A DNA stretch of 64,000 nucleotides from Podarcis bocagei. Lineage: Eukaryota. Below the pieces are notes generated by a model that worked only from the letters and a program-made list of their open reading frames with translations, was not told the DNA's origin and made no database searches. The DNA lies in assembly GCA_964188305.1 (NCBI GenBank), contig OZ076903.1. One strand, 5' to 3'. A program made the translations under genes and the position numbers. Every line of letters begins with the position of its first letter. The stretch's first letter is position 1. This document shows, piece after piece, positions 36,944-51,413 of this stretch.

Positions 36944-39900
36944 GTACAGAGGGAAGCCACAGTTTGGTCTCTTTCTGCATTTCCCAAGACATTTATTGGT
37001 GTGGGGAAGAGCAAGTCTTTTTCAAATACAAATGCCGCAATTACTTCCATGTCACCAGAGTAATGCAAGAAAAGGCCCTTAAAAAAGCAGTGAAATGGTT
37101 GCTTAGACATACTAGAAACAAATTATGCAAATTTTCTTAATTTGCATAATTATATGCCAACTCCATAATTATGAGTTACTGTAGCACAACATTTGCCTTT
37201 TCAAATGCAAGATATTCCATGTACCACCCAATAACTAAACAACTGTTCTGTTGAGAACATTTTTTTAAAGCAGAAAGCACACTATTTTTGTCCTAAGCAG
37301 AAAGCACATTGTACATACTGATAATATAACACACACAATTTGTAGTGAATTGTTTCCTTAACATGTGGTGGTATGTTGTGCACAAATGTTAAATCAATGT
37401 CTCTGTGTGGGGAAAAAATATTTGTTCACTCTCCTGTTTGAATAGGCATTCATATTCTCTAAAACAATGTCTGTGAGGTGGGGAGAATAGGGACTTGATC
37501 ATTAAAAGACGCAATTAGCACATTCATACAGTTGCATATTCTAATACATTGTTATCCCAACTTTCCGCAAACGTTTGGAAGAGTAATCTTAAATAGAGGC
37601 TGTCTTTTGTGAGAATATGGAAAGTCAACATGACAGGCACATTTCAATTGCTTATTTGCCATTGTAGCCTTTTATTGGCAAACAGAAGATTTATTTGTAT
37701 TTGTGCACATTGCAGGTCTAAACAGATTATTATTAGGAGGAGATTATTTCTGGAGATCTAAAATGATTTGTACACTTGCATCAGTCCTGTTTTAGACTGA
37801 AGGTTTGAGTATGGACGATTCATGCAATGCTTCATGTGTACTGAGTTTGCAACCATTTTAGTCTGCATGAATTTAGATAAAACTATGGTGTATAGTTATT
37901 AGTCTATTAATACAGGCTTAGTGATATGTTATTTGATAAGTCATTTGTTTACTTCAGAGTATAGTACAATACTTTCTGTTACTGTGTTCTCATCTATTTT
38001 AAACTTCTCCTCCTCCTCTGTCCAGTACATGACTGGGGCTAAAACACTCCCCAGAACAATTAATTTTCCTTTGATATAAAATGCTATTAAGAATACAAGA
38101 ACATTAGAAGAGCTGTGCTGGATCAGGAAAGAGGTTCAAATCTGGAATCACTTGCATTTAAAGGTTCCTTGTATCTTTGGCGTTCTAGGTTAGACCACTG
38201 TACAATACAGTACTTTACATGTGTCTCCCTATGGTGTATGTTCTGGAAATGGCAGCACATACAGCACCAATTTTGCAATTACATCGTTGGTGGCCAGTTG
38301 GCTTCCAGGCTCAGCTTGAAGTGCTGCTTTTGAGCTATAATACCTTAAAGTGTCTGGGTCCCTAACGCCATAAGGACAAGGTGTTGGGATCTTGATTGCA
38401 GTGAGTTGCAACGTGCAGGCAATTTCTTCTCTAAAGCTGCAAAATTCTCTCTAGGGAAGTTCATCTCGCTCCCCTCTTTCTGTTTTTTTAGACAACACGC
38501 CAAAGTGGTCCTCTTCTGGCAGGCTTTTGAGTTGCCCTGATTATCTTTTTCCTGCTTCTGCTTTTCTGATCAACGTCGCTGCTAATTTGTTTCTCTGGGG
38601 TGTTTTTCAAATTTGACTTGATTTCCATGTTTAATCTACTTTGTTAGAGACCTTCACGATTCTTCACTGAGATCATGGTTTAAAATAATAAAAATAATAG
38701 TTAAATTGATTTCCTGGAGAATGTTATACTAAATAAAGTATTTTACAGTTTTCTGTGTCCTATGAGAAGGGCCTGAAGTTCAGTGGAAGGGGACATGCTG
38801 TACAGGCGTAAATGGTCACATTTCAACTCCTGGCATTTCTAGTTAAAAAGGTAGAGGGCTAGGAAAGACTTCCACTTGTTAGAATAGACAAGATTTGGCT
38901 GGATTGGACAATGATTTGACACAGACAAATACTATCTTCAATTGGTCTCTTCTTAATCCGATCAGTGTAGAATGCTCTCTAAAAAGACTCAATTCATAAA
39001 GATAAAAACATGTTTATGTTTTTGTCCATTCTGTAGTGTTTCTTTCCTCAACCACTAATTAATTTCATGCTGTTTTTATTTCACTCAGAATCATCACAGT
39101 AGCTCATTTGTTACTATCTCTCTGAGCAACTTAAGAGAGAAATGGAAAGTTCTATCAAAATGCTTCTGTTTTTATATATTCCCACATACAGAATTTATTT
39201 ATAAGTGCAAATGCAAATATTCTACGTAAGGACATCTACACAAGGCCGGGATGCAAAGAAAGAACAGATGTGCTTGAAACATATGTTCCATCAGGCACAT
39301 CGGGAGATTTGTCTTGTGTTTCCCCCCCTTTTCGGAACCCATCACCCTCTTTAAACTGAGCAGCGGCCTACATTTCTGCATTGGTAACTGCTCTTGCAAA
39401 AGCATTTCAGCAAAGGGCCAGATCTGAGTGTAGTTCTCTCCTGCTCATCTGCATTTGTTTTTGGAAGGCCAGGGTGCTAGCCCAGTGAATAAATTGTTGT
39501 GGTTTGGTAGCCGTTTAAATCATGAGATTAATTAAAGTTGTTCAATCATTTTTCAAGTATCAGCAGGCAAGAGACACACAATATGAAATTGCAGGTCCAA
39601 AGAATAAACCCTCCTGGTGCCACCCTGTTCATGTTTACTTGGAAGTATGTCTCACTAAGGTCAGGGAGACCTGCTCCCAGAACAGAGCAGAGGGTTGCAG
39701 GCTCAACCAAGTGCTTCAAGTTCTTTGTATACTTATTTTCTAGGATGCTTGACTGTTTTCTATGGATATTATACCATACTCAGGATTCTGAAATGTTTGC
39801 ATTGTGGCTTAACAATAAACCATGTTTTTCTTTCTTTCTTTTTATGGAATGAGCAGGAGTGGGGGGTGGCCTTTTTGATAACTTGCTCTTTCAGTTTTGT

Positions 39901-40081
39901 TGAAGCAGTTGTTGCTGCAAAATTTGCTGGGGTAAAGATTTGAAGACTATGCCCCCAATAAATTGTAATAGCTTTGAACTAAAGTTTTCTTTTGAACTTT
40001 GGCAATCTATCAAAATTTCTGTGGTCAGTCTTTTATTACTATCTTGTCTTGAGCCCTTTTTTTAATGACATCTATTATCAG

Positions 40082-40156
40082 ATTGAAATGGCGATTGAGA
40101 CACTGCAAAAGTCTGATGGTCTGTCCACTCACAGAAGCTCTCTTCTCAACAGCCAT
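40082..40156 (+). CDS. RFX3: RFX3 coding exon 4 (75 nt, symmetric phase 0/0): IEMAIETLQKSDGLSTHRSSLLNSH
   Basis: tatcag| ... cat|gtaagt; peptide visible in ORF 39992..40180. Confidence 0.95.
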
Positions 40157-41583
40157 GTAAGTTGCCTCTTCTTCATGTAAACTAATCCCTTGCTTGATTT
40201 GCATGCCTAGCTTGCCTTCTAAATGCTTGTTTTGGTTGCTGCTTTTTTTCTTTTTATTTTCTTTTTCTGCCTCCTGAATCTTCCTTTCTACTTTTAAGCT
40301 CTCATAGCAACTTCTCACTATCTTTTTTCAGACACAATGACAGTGCAGCAAAATTGTTGAGTTGTTTGATTTCCTCGCCCTTATAGCATTGCTCAAACCA
40401 CCATGAGCATTTTATTTAAAAAATAACCCAGTTTTATTTGGATTGTTAACATAGGCTTCATAGTGTCAAACAAAATGTGTATTCTGTTCTCATTTGACAA
40501 GAGTAAGATGTCACAGTGGTGACTTAAGATTTTTTTAAGCAAAGAAATAATTTCACTGCTTTATGCTTCTTTGTTGCCAGTTCCTAATACTCCACCGTGC
40601 TCCAGTACGACCAAGAAACACAATATGACTCTTTAGGCGAAGACCTAGATATAGATAAGAGCAGATATGACTTTCAGAGCTGACACTACTAGAGGGAGGA
40701 AGCAGATTTGGCCCCTGTCACAGCCATGTTCTGAGTATCTCTATTATTTCCCATGCAGTCTCCCTCCCATGCAGCCAGGTGGGGATGCTCTTGTAGTGGA
40801 GCAAAAGCCTCCCCTCCAAGCCAGACAAGGGTCACCTGGAATTCTGTAGTGGGACTCCAATATCCCTCTGCAGAGAGTCCTTGCCATATGAGGACTGTCT
40901 TCATATACAGCCTGCCTCTCGAAATGGCAAGTGTTTTGCCACTTTGTAAAATGGCGTTAATTCCCATATATTCATTACACAAAAGCCAGGTCTTTTAATC
41001 CGTTGGCATCTTAAACACTTTCTTTTTATATATACAAAATTGTGCACCTGGAGGAGAGCATGTCTGGTGTCTCACAGGTACACCAGCTTCTGTTTCTTCA
41101 GGAAGAAATGCGTTGTTGAGCTTTGGTGACCTAGCTTCAGGTTCTGTACCTCCTGATGCCTCCTCTGAGTGTCGGACTGAGCCCAGGGTAACATGGCCTG
41201 GGCTGCCTCTGGGGAACAACCAAGGAGAGTCAAGGGCTTGGTTCATGGGGTCAATATGCTTGTCGTTTCTGTATGCTCATAAACCCATGACCTTTTGAGT
41301 CGGCCTAACTTATTTTTATCCTCAGTGCTGTTTTCGTACCTTTGTGTTTTCCCACTCCTCCATCCCACAAGTTGGCCCCACTCAAAAATCTGTAAATATT
41401 GTTCAGCTCTCATCATGCCATCTCATTATTGTTAAATCACAAAGCTTGTATGTTTCAAGTCTTGCAGATGAATGAATGCTTTTCTAACATGTGTGTGCAT
41501 GAAAAAGTATCTTAAAAGAAGCATAACTATGGAAATGAAATTTCCAAATATGTGATTATCTCAAAATTAACTAATTGTGTATA

Positions 41584-41836
41584 CAGTGGATGCTTGGGTT
41601 GCGAACGTGATCCGTGCGGGAGGCACGTTCGCAACCAGCAGCATTCGCAACCTGCAGCGCCGTGTCTGCGCACACGTGGGTCGCACTTCTGTGCATGCAC
41701 AAAGCGCGATTTAGTACTTTTGCTCATGCGCAAGCGCCAAAACCCAGAAGTAACCTGTTCCGGTACTTCCGGGTTCGGCGCGGTGTGCAACCTGAAAACG
41801 CGCAACCTGAAGTGTCTGTAACCCGAGGTATGACTG
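41584..41836 (-). mobile_element. Tigger/pogo-like MITE (family A), opposite orientation to the 34226 copy
   Basis: TA TSD; reverse complement acctcgggttacagacacttcagg...aacccggaagtaccggaac matches 34226-34465. Confidence 0.9.
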
Positions 41837-44800
41837 TATATAAAAAGCTGGTTCAATTCATTCAAGAATTTACCTGCTGGCGTATAAGTAAACTGCAACC
41901 ACATTTCCTGAAATCTGTTGGTAAATCTGACAAAAATATATTATTTGTTATTTTTCTGTGTTTCCTTGTTTCACAGAATAAGTATGCAGAAAAATAATTA
42001 TACCCTGTGCCTTGCTGTGCTATTTCCAGGCTAAAGTAAAGCAAAGCTAAGTCATTGTTCCAAAGCAGGGTATTTTGTGAAGTTCTGTTTTGTAGTAGTG
42101 TGGCCCATATAATCCATGACTGAAAATCTCATAGCTTTATGTGAACATATATTTCCAGAAAAATAAAGCAATATACCTAACATTACATTTCATAGTTTAC
42201 ATAATCCATAGAGTTTTCAAAATTCTTTGTTTAAATAGTATTTGAATGTTTCCTTTTGGAAATGGACCATTAGGATATATAAAAAGGATGCCATTTTTAT
42301 TAGTGAAAGAATGGTTACTTGTCTCAAAAATACAACATGTATGAAATAAATACTCCCCCCACCCCGCCAGTTTTATAATTCCAAAATTCAGTAATGTGTC
42401 TACAAACCTGATCCAGACCCCTCCTTAAAATCAAGTTTTGAATGTAGAGATCTTTTAGACTTAGCGGTTATACTGGGATGACATTCAGTAGATGGGATAC
42501 TAGCACTTAGTTTAATAGTATTTTAAATCTGTTTTTATCTCACCTCACCTCTTTTTATGTGTATGGTAATTACCAGTGTGGCTGAGAATTAGGTGGAAGG
42601 GTGAAGGTTGAAATTGGGTATAGGGAGGTAAATGTATTGGATTAACTTATTTTTGCACATCATAACAATATTTGACTAAAATTTAAATTCAAAACTTCTT
42701 TGAAACAGACTTTCATAATGGTGACTTATAATGCCAATGCTTAGCACTTTATGGTTGTATGGCATGGTTTTACAACATGGTCTTAATGCTGTTAGCTTGT
42801 GTTTTCTTTAAATTATTTATATGTTGGGCCAAGTATTAATGCTTTCTTATTTTTGTGGCTTTCTCATTATTTTGATGCCCATCCCCTGTTTGTACCCAGC
42901 ATCAGATATTTGGAGGCATAGGCATCTGAGCATGAAAATTCTGTATAGCTATAATGCTAATGGTCATTGCTAGACCTATTCTGCATGAATTTGTGTCGGA
43001 GTAGTTGCTGGTTACTAGAGAGGCATCATCTCTTACTGTTTCAAAGGCAAGTTTAAGCTTTTTATGCTACATACCGCCCTGTGATCTTCAGATGAAGAGC
43101 GGTATATCAAAATGATCATCATCATAATCCTGTCCACCCACTACTAGCATACATGCAAGAGAGCTGTTGCCTTGCTCATTTTTGGAGGTCCATGCTTCCA
43201 AATATGTAGAACTTAACATTTTCTGTGGCCTGAATCACCATCCTCTGCTCCACCCCCAGTTTTATAATCCAAAACAACTGGACCTTTGTCAGTGAAATGT
43301 GTGTGTCCTAAAGCAAAAGTCTTTATTCAGAACATTGACTGCACTGCCAGCAATGACTATTGCAAGTAACCGTTATATTATGTCAAAAGTAAAGTTTTTT
43401 TGTAAAATGTATTTAAAATTAATCATAGTATGTTGTAATTCATCTATGGGGGGAAATGTCAAATGTTACATTTATAATTTAATTGGGAAGTGTTCTGTGG
43501 TTTTTGCAATTCCATTTCGGTATTTCCCTTTGGGATAAATAGCAATAGAATATCTGCTTTAATCTATGCTGATTAATTCTAATGAGTTAAGTGCAAAGTT
43601 TGAAAGCTATGATGGTTCCTGTCCTCAGATATGCTTATGTTAGCTCATTAGTGAAATAAATAAGTGTTTTTAATACACCAAGGTAAAGGTTACCATTTCC
43701 CTTGACATACCGTCATAAGTTATATGATCATAGTGGTACATAACTAATTTGAAAGAGATTTGTGACAAATGAGATATCTTGAAATAATATTGGGTACATG
43801 AACTAAAACAAGGAAGAAAGAACGGGCCGGATCCAGAGTTCCCCTCTGCAGAGGCTTGCTTGTGGAGTGCTCCTGGCCATGTCCCCACTTCCCTCCCTCT
43901 CTGTTTCCTAAAACACTGCTTTGGGGGCACAATCCAGAACAGTGGGGGTGTTTTAGAAGGCTGCAGCGGAAAATGGTAATTGTGGGAAATAGCCTGCCCT
44001 CCCCGGGATCTCAGTTCTGTTCGTGAAAGGGACACTCTGGATCTCTTGTTTGACAGGCTTTGAACAAACAAACAAGCCATATCTCAGTTGCGTGAAATTC
44101 CCAGGCACAGCATAACTATTTCCATTTTTATATTAGCAAGAACAGCAGCAGTAAGAACAGCATCAAGAAATATACAATGTATACAGCTTTTTAGAGGGTT
44201 CGTAGTGTTTATAACATTCTTTACAACAGCACTGTAACTCAGGTCAGTGTTATTATCCTTTGATAATAATGAGTGGCTGAAGCTGAGAGTTGGTGGCATG
44301 CCTTAGGTCTAAGATGAAATTTGAACCCAAAAGCAGATTTATGACTAACTTCTGGGTGTCATCTGCCTCTACTTTTTGTGGAAACATCTAATCCAGTCTG
44401 ACATGGCAACAGGGTGTCAAGGAAGAGGGTGGGTAGCACAGTGGAACACCACTTAGGATAAAAAGTGGACCGGCCAGCATCCTTCATTTTGTTGCTGTGT
44501 TGGCTGGGAGACAAGATGCCAGGCATGATGGGCCAAATGGAGAGAGCAGTCCTTCCTGTCGCCCCCAGTACCCCCGGGACCTCTCATCTGCCTGCCCTGT
44601 TAACTTGATTTCCATGTGAAAGTCTCATTCTGGCTGCTGGTGGCCAGAAGAACCTTTCCTTTGTCAGCTGATCCTGATAGCTTTTCCACTGTCTTCATTT
44701 ACAGCAGCACTGCAGGAAGATTTTAACCTCTGGATAGTCATTGCAGGAGGCATTTCTTGGGGTCTGCTGAAGGTTTCTGGTGGGGCTTTTGTCATTCAAG

Positions 44801-44924
44801 CTGGTCTGGTAACTAGAGGGCACTAATAGGGAGATGGATAATGACAGGGGGCATGTCTTCTGCTTGATTTATAGTTTGTTCAGCAGATGGCCTGGTTACA
44901 GCCCCAAAACCTTGCTGTCTACAC

Positions 44925-45300
44925 CAGAGGTTTTCAACCCTTCTGAGTCCATGACTCCCTTGACCAGCTACATTCTTTTTTGCAGCTCTCCTGTGGGGCT
45001 CAGGAATCCAGTTGTGCCTGCAGGGCTGGCAGCCTCTCACCCTTTTTCAAACACCTTCCCTTGTGGAGTGTTTCCTCAGCCTCCTCTCCTCTCCCCTCTC
45101 CTTGGGAGTCCTCTGAGCAGCCACTGGAGATTATAGCAAGGGCTGTTGAAATAAACGGCTGTCTTGGGGAGGCAGAGACACCAGAGGGCATCAGAGGAGG
45201 GAGGGAAGGGAAGAGGGACAGAGACCAGTGTTGCCATGACACCCCTGACCATCCTTCAAGGCACCCCAGGGTGCCACAGCACACTGGTTGAAAATCACTG
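44925..45300. mobile_element. hAT-Charlie-like MITE
   Basis: cagaggttttcaacc...ggttgaaaatcactg; TSD gtctacac/ttctacac. Confidence 0.8.
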
Positions 45301-46409
45301 TTCTACACCAAACAGCTTGGAACAGCTAATCAATAAGTATACCTAGCCATGTGTACCTCTCCCATTCCTATATATCTTACTAAAAACTACCAATCCTCAA
45401 AGACTGGTTGAACATTTCCCCCCTCCACTATAATGTAAGCTGGAAAGCTAATCCAAGGTTTCCTAGTGGAGTTTACTTCTAAATAGGAATGTATAAATTT
45501 GTGCTGTAAAAGTTTTTTTTCTTATTGAAACTGTCTAACAAATTTAAGTGGTTTGATTATTTGGAACACGATACTTTGTTTCTGTCTCAGTACTTGCAAT
45601 CTGCTCTGCGTACATTGTATAATTTTGACATAGCTGCCATGTGCCCCTCAACAGAGGACTATGAATGATTATGTAAATCCCAAATAAAGTAGCCTAAAGC
45701 AGGGATAGGGAAACCTCTGGCCCTCGGGATGGACTCCCAGCTCCCACCACCTCAAGCCAGCAGGGCCAATGGAAAGGGATGGGGGGGGGAGTTGTACATT
45801 GGTTGCCCATACTTGGTCCAAAGGAAGCCCAGCTTCTTCACAAGACCCAGTTTGGTTTTCAGTGAAATTGGACCTCTCCCTCTCCCTTTCCCCCTCTCTC
45901 TTTCACTAGTAGGAGCAGGATCTGATCCAGAATCTTCAGCAGTTATAAAAACAAAAGTTATTCAAGTAAATACTGCAATATTTGTTATCTTGGTAATCTA
46001 ATGATACAGAAGCATGGATAAATGTTACCAGTACTTCATAAGAATATTTTCCTTTTTGATTGTGTGACTTATTTTCAGTGTTGCTCTTATTCTCTCAAGT
46101 GCTAACACTTTGCCTGAAAGTCTAGGTCAGTGCACATGGAATTAACATGTTGCTACTTAAAGTAATTTATATTGCCTGAAGCCACAAGTCTTAAGAATTC
46201 TGCTGTTTCTCTATTTGTAAAGCTATTTTAAGATGATGTAATGCTTTTAGAATTTCTGTGGAGAATTACCTGGAGCTAAAGAAAGATGTGTCCAGCTAAA
46301 CAGACAGAATTATTTTTGTTCTTACATTATTTCAATACTAATGAAGGCATAACTGTTCTGCAAAGTTATGTTGAGCTCATTTTTCTTCTTTGTTCCCAAT
46401 TTGAAATAG

Positions 46410-46591
46410 CTCCAGTGGCTTTTAGACAACTATGAAACAGCAGAAGGAGTGAGTCTCCCCAGAAGTACCCTCTACAACCACTACTTGAGACACTGTCAGG
46501 AGCATAAATTGGACCCAGTCAATGCTGCCTCTTTTGGAAAACTAATAAGGTCAATTTTCATGGGCCTACGAACCAGAAGATTGGGAACCAG
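46410..46591 (+). CDS. RFX3: RFX3 coding exon 5, DNA-binding domain part 1: [60 protein letters not shown](R)
   Basis: aaatag| ... ag|gttagt; 182 nt; signature RFX winged-helix sequence. Confidence 0.98.
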
Positions 46592-47992
46592 GTTAGTGTA
46601 AGGAAGCAAAGTTCTGAGTTAACGGGACAGAGTGTACTCCCTCTAATAGCAAATTTAGTGCTCCCGTGACAATAGACATGAAGCTAAAACATGATCATTG
46701 AGAAACAAAAGGTGGGAATCTGCATGTTCAAGAAAACTCCAAATTGCAGAAGTACAAAAAATGTTGTTGGTTTGTTTTTGTTTTTGTTTTAAAAAAGACC
46801 TAAAGCCCCACTTCCCTCCAGTCTCAGTTTGCAGTGATTGGCCAGTGATTGGCAGTCTGGTGGTTAGTCAGAGGAGACGTGATAGAGCTTTATAGATGAG
46901 TGGAGAAAGTGGATGAAGAGATGATTTTCTTGCCCTCATAATATTAGAGCAAAGGGCAATTCTGTGAACCTTATGGTGGGAGATTCAGGACAGGCAAGGT
47001 CTTTTAACATAGCACAGAATTAAACCATGGAATTTTCAATCACAGTATCTGTGTTCACCACCACTAATTTGTTCTTGCAGGATAAGGCTATTAATGACTG
47101 CTTATTAACTGTATATTAATTGTAATATTACTTATTAGCTATATATTCCTTCTTGCTCAAGGTAGTTTACATGGTTCCCCCTCATCCTTCTTCCTTTTTA
47201 TCTTCACAGCAACCCTGTGAAGTAGGTTAGACTGAGAGATAGTCCACCTAGAACTCTAAACTAGAACACTGCTGTTTGGAATAAGGTTGTGGTTCAACTC
47301 CCACAACAAAGTGCTGTAAAAACAAAGTTTGTGCAATTGTCTAAATGTACTGCCCAATTCATTAAAATGTGTATTAAGCACTTTCTTCTCCCATATTGCT
47401 CTTTAAGACATTGCCAAAGCACCAGCTTCTATCAAGCATTCTAAGAGGTACATATATTAATTAGTACATGCAAGCTATATTATTCATTGCAGCATGTAAG
47501 GTGCTTCATTTAACAAATGGACTTAGATTAAATACGGACAAAATGCTTCTGTCCATTTTTCCAAATGTTACACCTCATTTTTCTGAATGAATCAGCCCCC
47601 TTTCAAGCAAGCTGTCCTTGGAACAAAGGTGTACGGTTTGCAGATTCAGCCTGTGTAAGAAACGTCAACAGCCCAGATAACACGCATTTCAGAATACAAG
47701 GGTACTTTGTGTATTGTCACAGCTGATTGTATGCCTTGAATGCTCTACAGTAAATGCTTCAAGTGCTGCCATATGGATGAAACCAGCAGCATGTGGAATG
47801 TGAACAAACTTACATAGAATAATAGTGAAGGACTTATGAGCTACTGGTGCCTGTAGTGCCAGATTCAGGCAGGATCATTAACTGAAGAAAGGCAGCCCAC
47901 AGCTTCTTTGGATACAGCTGGTTGCAGAAAGGCATGGCACACAGACAGGGATTCTACTTCTGATAATAGGCATGTCCTAAGATGTGCTTTGC

Positions 47993-48945
47993 TCAGCCTG
48001 CCTGTGGGTAGAGCACATTGCAGTAGTCCAAGCTGGAGATAACTAGAGCATGCACCACTCTGGCGAGACAGTCTGCGGGCAGGTAGAGTCTCAGCCTGCG
48101 TACCAGATGGAGCTGGTAAACAGCTGCCCTAGACACAGAATTGACCTGTGCCGCCATGGACAGTTGTGAGTCCAAAATGACTCCCAGGCTGCGCACCTGG
48201 TCCTTCAGGGGCACAGTTACCCCATTCAGGACCAGGGCGTCCCCCACCCCCGCCCACCCCCTGTCCCCCCAAAACAGTACTTCTGTCTTGTCAGGATTCA
48301 ACCTCAATCTGTTAGCCGCCATCCATCCTCTAACCGCCTCCAGACACTCACACAGGACCTTCATCGCCTTCACTGTTTCCAGTTTAAAAGAGAGGTGGAG
48401 CTGGGGATCATTCACATACTGATGAACACCCAGCCCAAACCCCCTGATGATCTCTCCTAGCGGCCTCATATAGATGTTAAAAAGCATGGGAGAGAGGACA
48501 GAACCCTGAGGCACCCCATAAGTGAGCGCCCAGGGGTCTGAACACTCATCCCCCCCCCCACTTTCTGGACACGGCCCAGGAGGAAGGAGCTGAACCACTG
48601 TACAGTGGTGCCCCGCAAGACGAATGCCTCGCAAGACGGAAAACTCGCTAGACGAAAGAGTTTTCCGTTTTGGAGGTGCTTCGCAAAATGAATCTCCTAT
48701 GGGCTTGCTTCGCAAGACGACAATGTCTTGCGAGTTCCTGCGTGGTTTTTTTCCTTCCCCCCCCTTTTTCTAAGCCGCTAAGCCGCTTATCAGCTGATCC
48801 GATAAGCCGCTAAAAGCCGCTAATAGCGCTAATCCTTCAATGGGCTTGCTTCGCAAGACGAAAAAACTGCTAGACAAAGAGAATCACAGAACGTATTCTT
48901 TTCGTCTTGCGAGGCACCACTGTATAAGAGTGCCCCCAGCACTGT
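47993..48945 (-). mobile_element. L2 RT fragment interrupted by a MITE
   Basis: GVPQGSVLSPMLFNIYMRPL...LRLNPDKTEVL...SSLDYCN; sequence continuous across the MITE (GGTLIQWFSSFL). Confidence 0.9.
48603..48922. mobile_element. Tigger/pogo-like MITE nested in L2
   Basis: TA-cagtggtgccccgcaagacgaa...ttcgtcttgcgaggcaccactg-TA; internal cgcaagacga and taagccgc repeats. Confidence 0.9.
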
Positions 48946-49884
48946 AACTGAACACTTGAGGACATGGCACTGGTCTCGGAGCAGACCTCTTGACTAAGGT
49001 GGCTCTTCTTGAGTTAGAGGGTGGTGTGCTCACCCCACACCTCTTTAAGGATCCAGACTGACACCTGGAGATGATGCCCCATATCCAGAACATAGCAACA
49101 GTTATGATTATATAGGCAGTGAGTAAATCCCCCTCTGGTCTCCCAGGCTCAGTCCCTCGTACCATCCTCAGAGGAGAGAGAGAGGAGACCTGTGCCAAGT
49201 ATATGCAAAGGTGGCTGTCTTTGGGTGGCCACCATATACACAGCATTTGTTCATCCCACTTGGGGGGGGGGCACAAAGTGGGTCCCCGTGAAAATGGTGT
49301 CCTTCCATTATTGCTTGCGAATTTTTTGCCCAGTGTGAGCAACTTCCTTTTGATCTTAAGTTTTTGTCACGAAAGGAAACTTACAATAAATAGTTAAAGA
49401 CAAAATAATTGCAATTTCTCTCCCCCGCTCCATCCCTTCTCTTTCATAAATCAGTAACACTGGTTGAAATCCTATACGCACTTAGCCTCCTTAAATTCTA
49501 TTGACATTCTGAGATCAAGCCAACTAACTATGTATAAAGCTAAATACATTCCTTAATCATTAGAGTAATCTACAGTCCCCTGCTGTTTGGGCCATTTTCT
49601 ATTTGAGTGGTAAAAACCTTGTCAAGAGACCAATATGTGAAATGATTGTGAAATATTTGCAGTTGTAACTAAGTGAATATCTAATACTCAGCTAGCTTTC
49701 CATTCTGTGGGACTAAATTGGCTGCATAGGATTATTTTTGCACAGTTCAGAGGAAAGCAGCCAAATTGAACAAAGGTCTGAGATACAATTCAGATATAAA
49801 ATATTTAAGAACAACCCAAAGGGATCACATTTGCGTTTCGGTTGTGTACATTCCCTTGTTTTTAATATTTGCTTTTTCCCAAAG

Positions 49885-50004
49885 GGGGAACTCCAAATAT
49901 CATTACTATGGGATTCGTGTCAAGCCAGACTCCCCTCTAAATCGGCTACAAGAGGACATGCAATATATGGCTATGAGACAGCAACCCATGCAGCAGAAAC
50001 AAAG
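49885..50004 (+). CDS. RFX3: RFX3 coding exon 6, DBD end: GNSKYHYYGIRVKPDSPLNRLQEDMQYMAMRQQPMQQKQ(R)
   Basis: ttcccaaag| ... ag|gtacag; 120 nt; in ORF 49766..50134. Confidence 0.97.
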
Positions 50005-51365
50005 GTACAGTCCTGCCAAGCTGACCAGACCCCTTAGAAACCAGCATCTTTTTCTGCATCTCTCTATCGCGGGAGTGTTTAGTCAGGGAGCAGTAACCTC
50101 TCCTTTTATTAGACCACATAACTTCTCTAGCTGAAAGTTTACCTGCAGTTGCCTCAATCTTACACCCTTTTAGACACTATGTAAAACCTTACCTTTTGGG
50201 TTGGGCTTTTAGATGCTGATGCGTTAAGTGGTTTTTGTAATGTTATTAATTATGTAATTTCTGAGAATTATTTTCATATTTCTGTTTATTTTGTGTTAAG
50301 TTTTTATATTACCTTATTTTCAAAAGCTGGCCTGTGACTATTATTCATGAAGGTTGGTATAAAAACAAACAAACAAACAAACAAACAAACCACCTTTTAT
50401 CTGGAGAGAAATAGTTTTGCTTAAGGGCATTATCTCATATTTTTATATCAAAATTGAGTGAGGAGTGGTTAAATGTAAAAGTGTTTGTGTTTCTAGAATC
50501 TCCTAAACTTAAGAAGAGAATTTGGCCTTTAATGAGAGGAGATAGAATTATGTGTGCCACCCTATGGCTAAGTTTGGAATGCTATTTTTTTTTTAAAAAA
50601 AAAAAAAAAAGCTGAGATCCAATGCCATGCCGGCAGACATGACAACATTTCCCTTCCTCCCTGCCCCCCCCGATGAAAAAAATCTGTTGTGGAAGGTCTT
50701 CCAGTGCTCCAGAGCAGATTTTGGGGGTGCCTGGGGGGCTGCAAAGCAGGAGGGCAGGGAGGGTAACTCTCATTTGCACAAGTGGATGTTCGTTGTGGAA
50801 GCAGGATGGGTCGGGAAGGAAGTAAAGTAAACACGACTTTATGAATGCTTTGTGCTGCTTTTAACTTAGAGCATTAATGCACAGTATACAAAATTTGTGA
50901 TGCACCATTTGAAATTATGAAGGATGAGTGGAATTGCTTGTTGTGTTGTGGAATAAACTGCTTACATCAAAAAGGGAAATGTTATTCAAAACAAGTCCTT
51001 TGAACATATTAATTCCAGGTCTGGTCAGAAGTCTCAATGCAGGGTGTGGGAATGAAGGAGAGATCCATGTATACAACCATAATTTTTTTTAGCTTTGTAA
51101 AAGAGCAGCATGACTCCATCCTACCTAAAGTGGTCACTGGATTCTGGCCAGAATCTCCACTTGAACGCATCTGGTATAGCCGTGGGCGAATCTAGTGTAA
51201 TTCCTCACATTATTTCCAAACTGAGTTGACGTACGTCTGAGCCAGTTCCCTTAGTGAGCTGAGGAGCACTTTCTGAACATTTTGCTTTTTTCAAGTAGCA
51301 CATATCCATTTACTTGTCAAATTATTATTTTTTAAGATACTCTTACAAAGCAACTAGAGACAGCA

Positions 51366-51413
51366 TGTAACATTTGTAGGAAGGCAAATTGTAACATTTG
51401 TAGCAAGGCAAAT
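51366..51413 (+). repeat. 24-bp tandem duplication
   Basis: tgtaacatttgtag(g/c)aaggcaaat twice. Confidence 0.9.

Noticed and set aside
48603-48922. Short spaced repeats (cgcaagacga) superficially CRISPR-like
   Set aside because: Eukaryotic context; these are sub-terminal repeats of a MITE with TIRs and a TA TSD.
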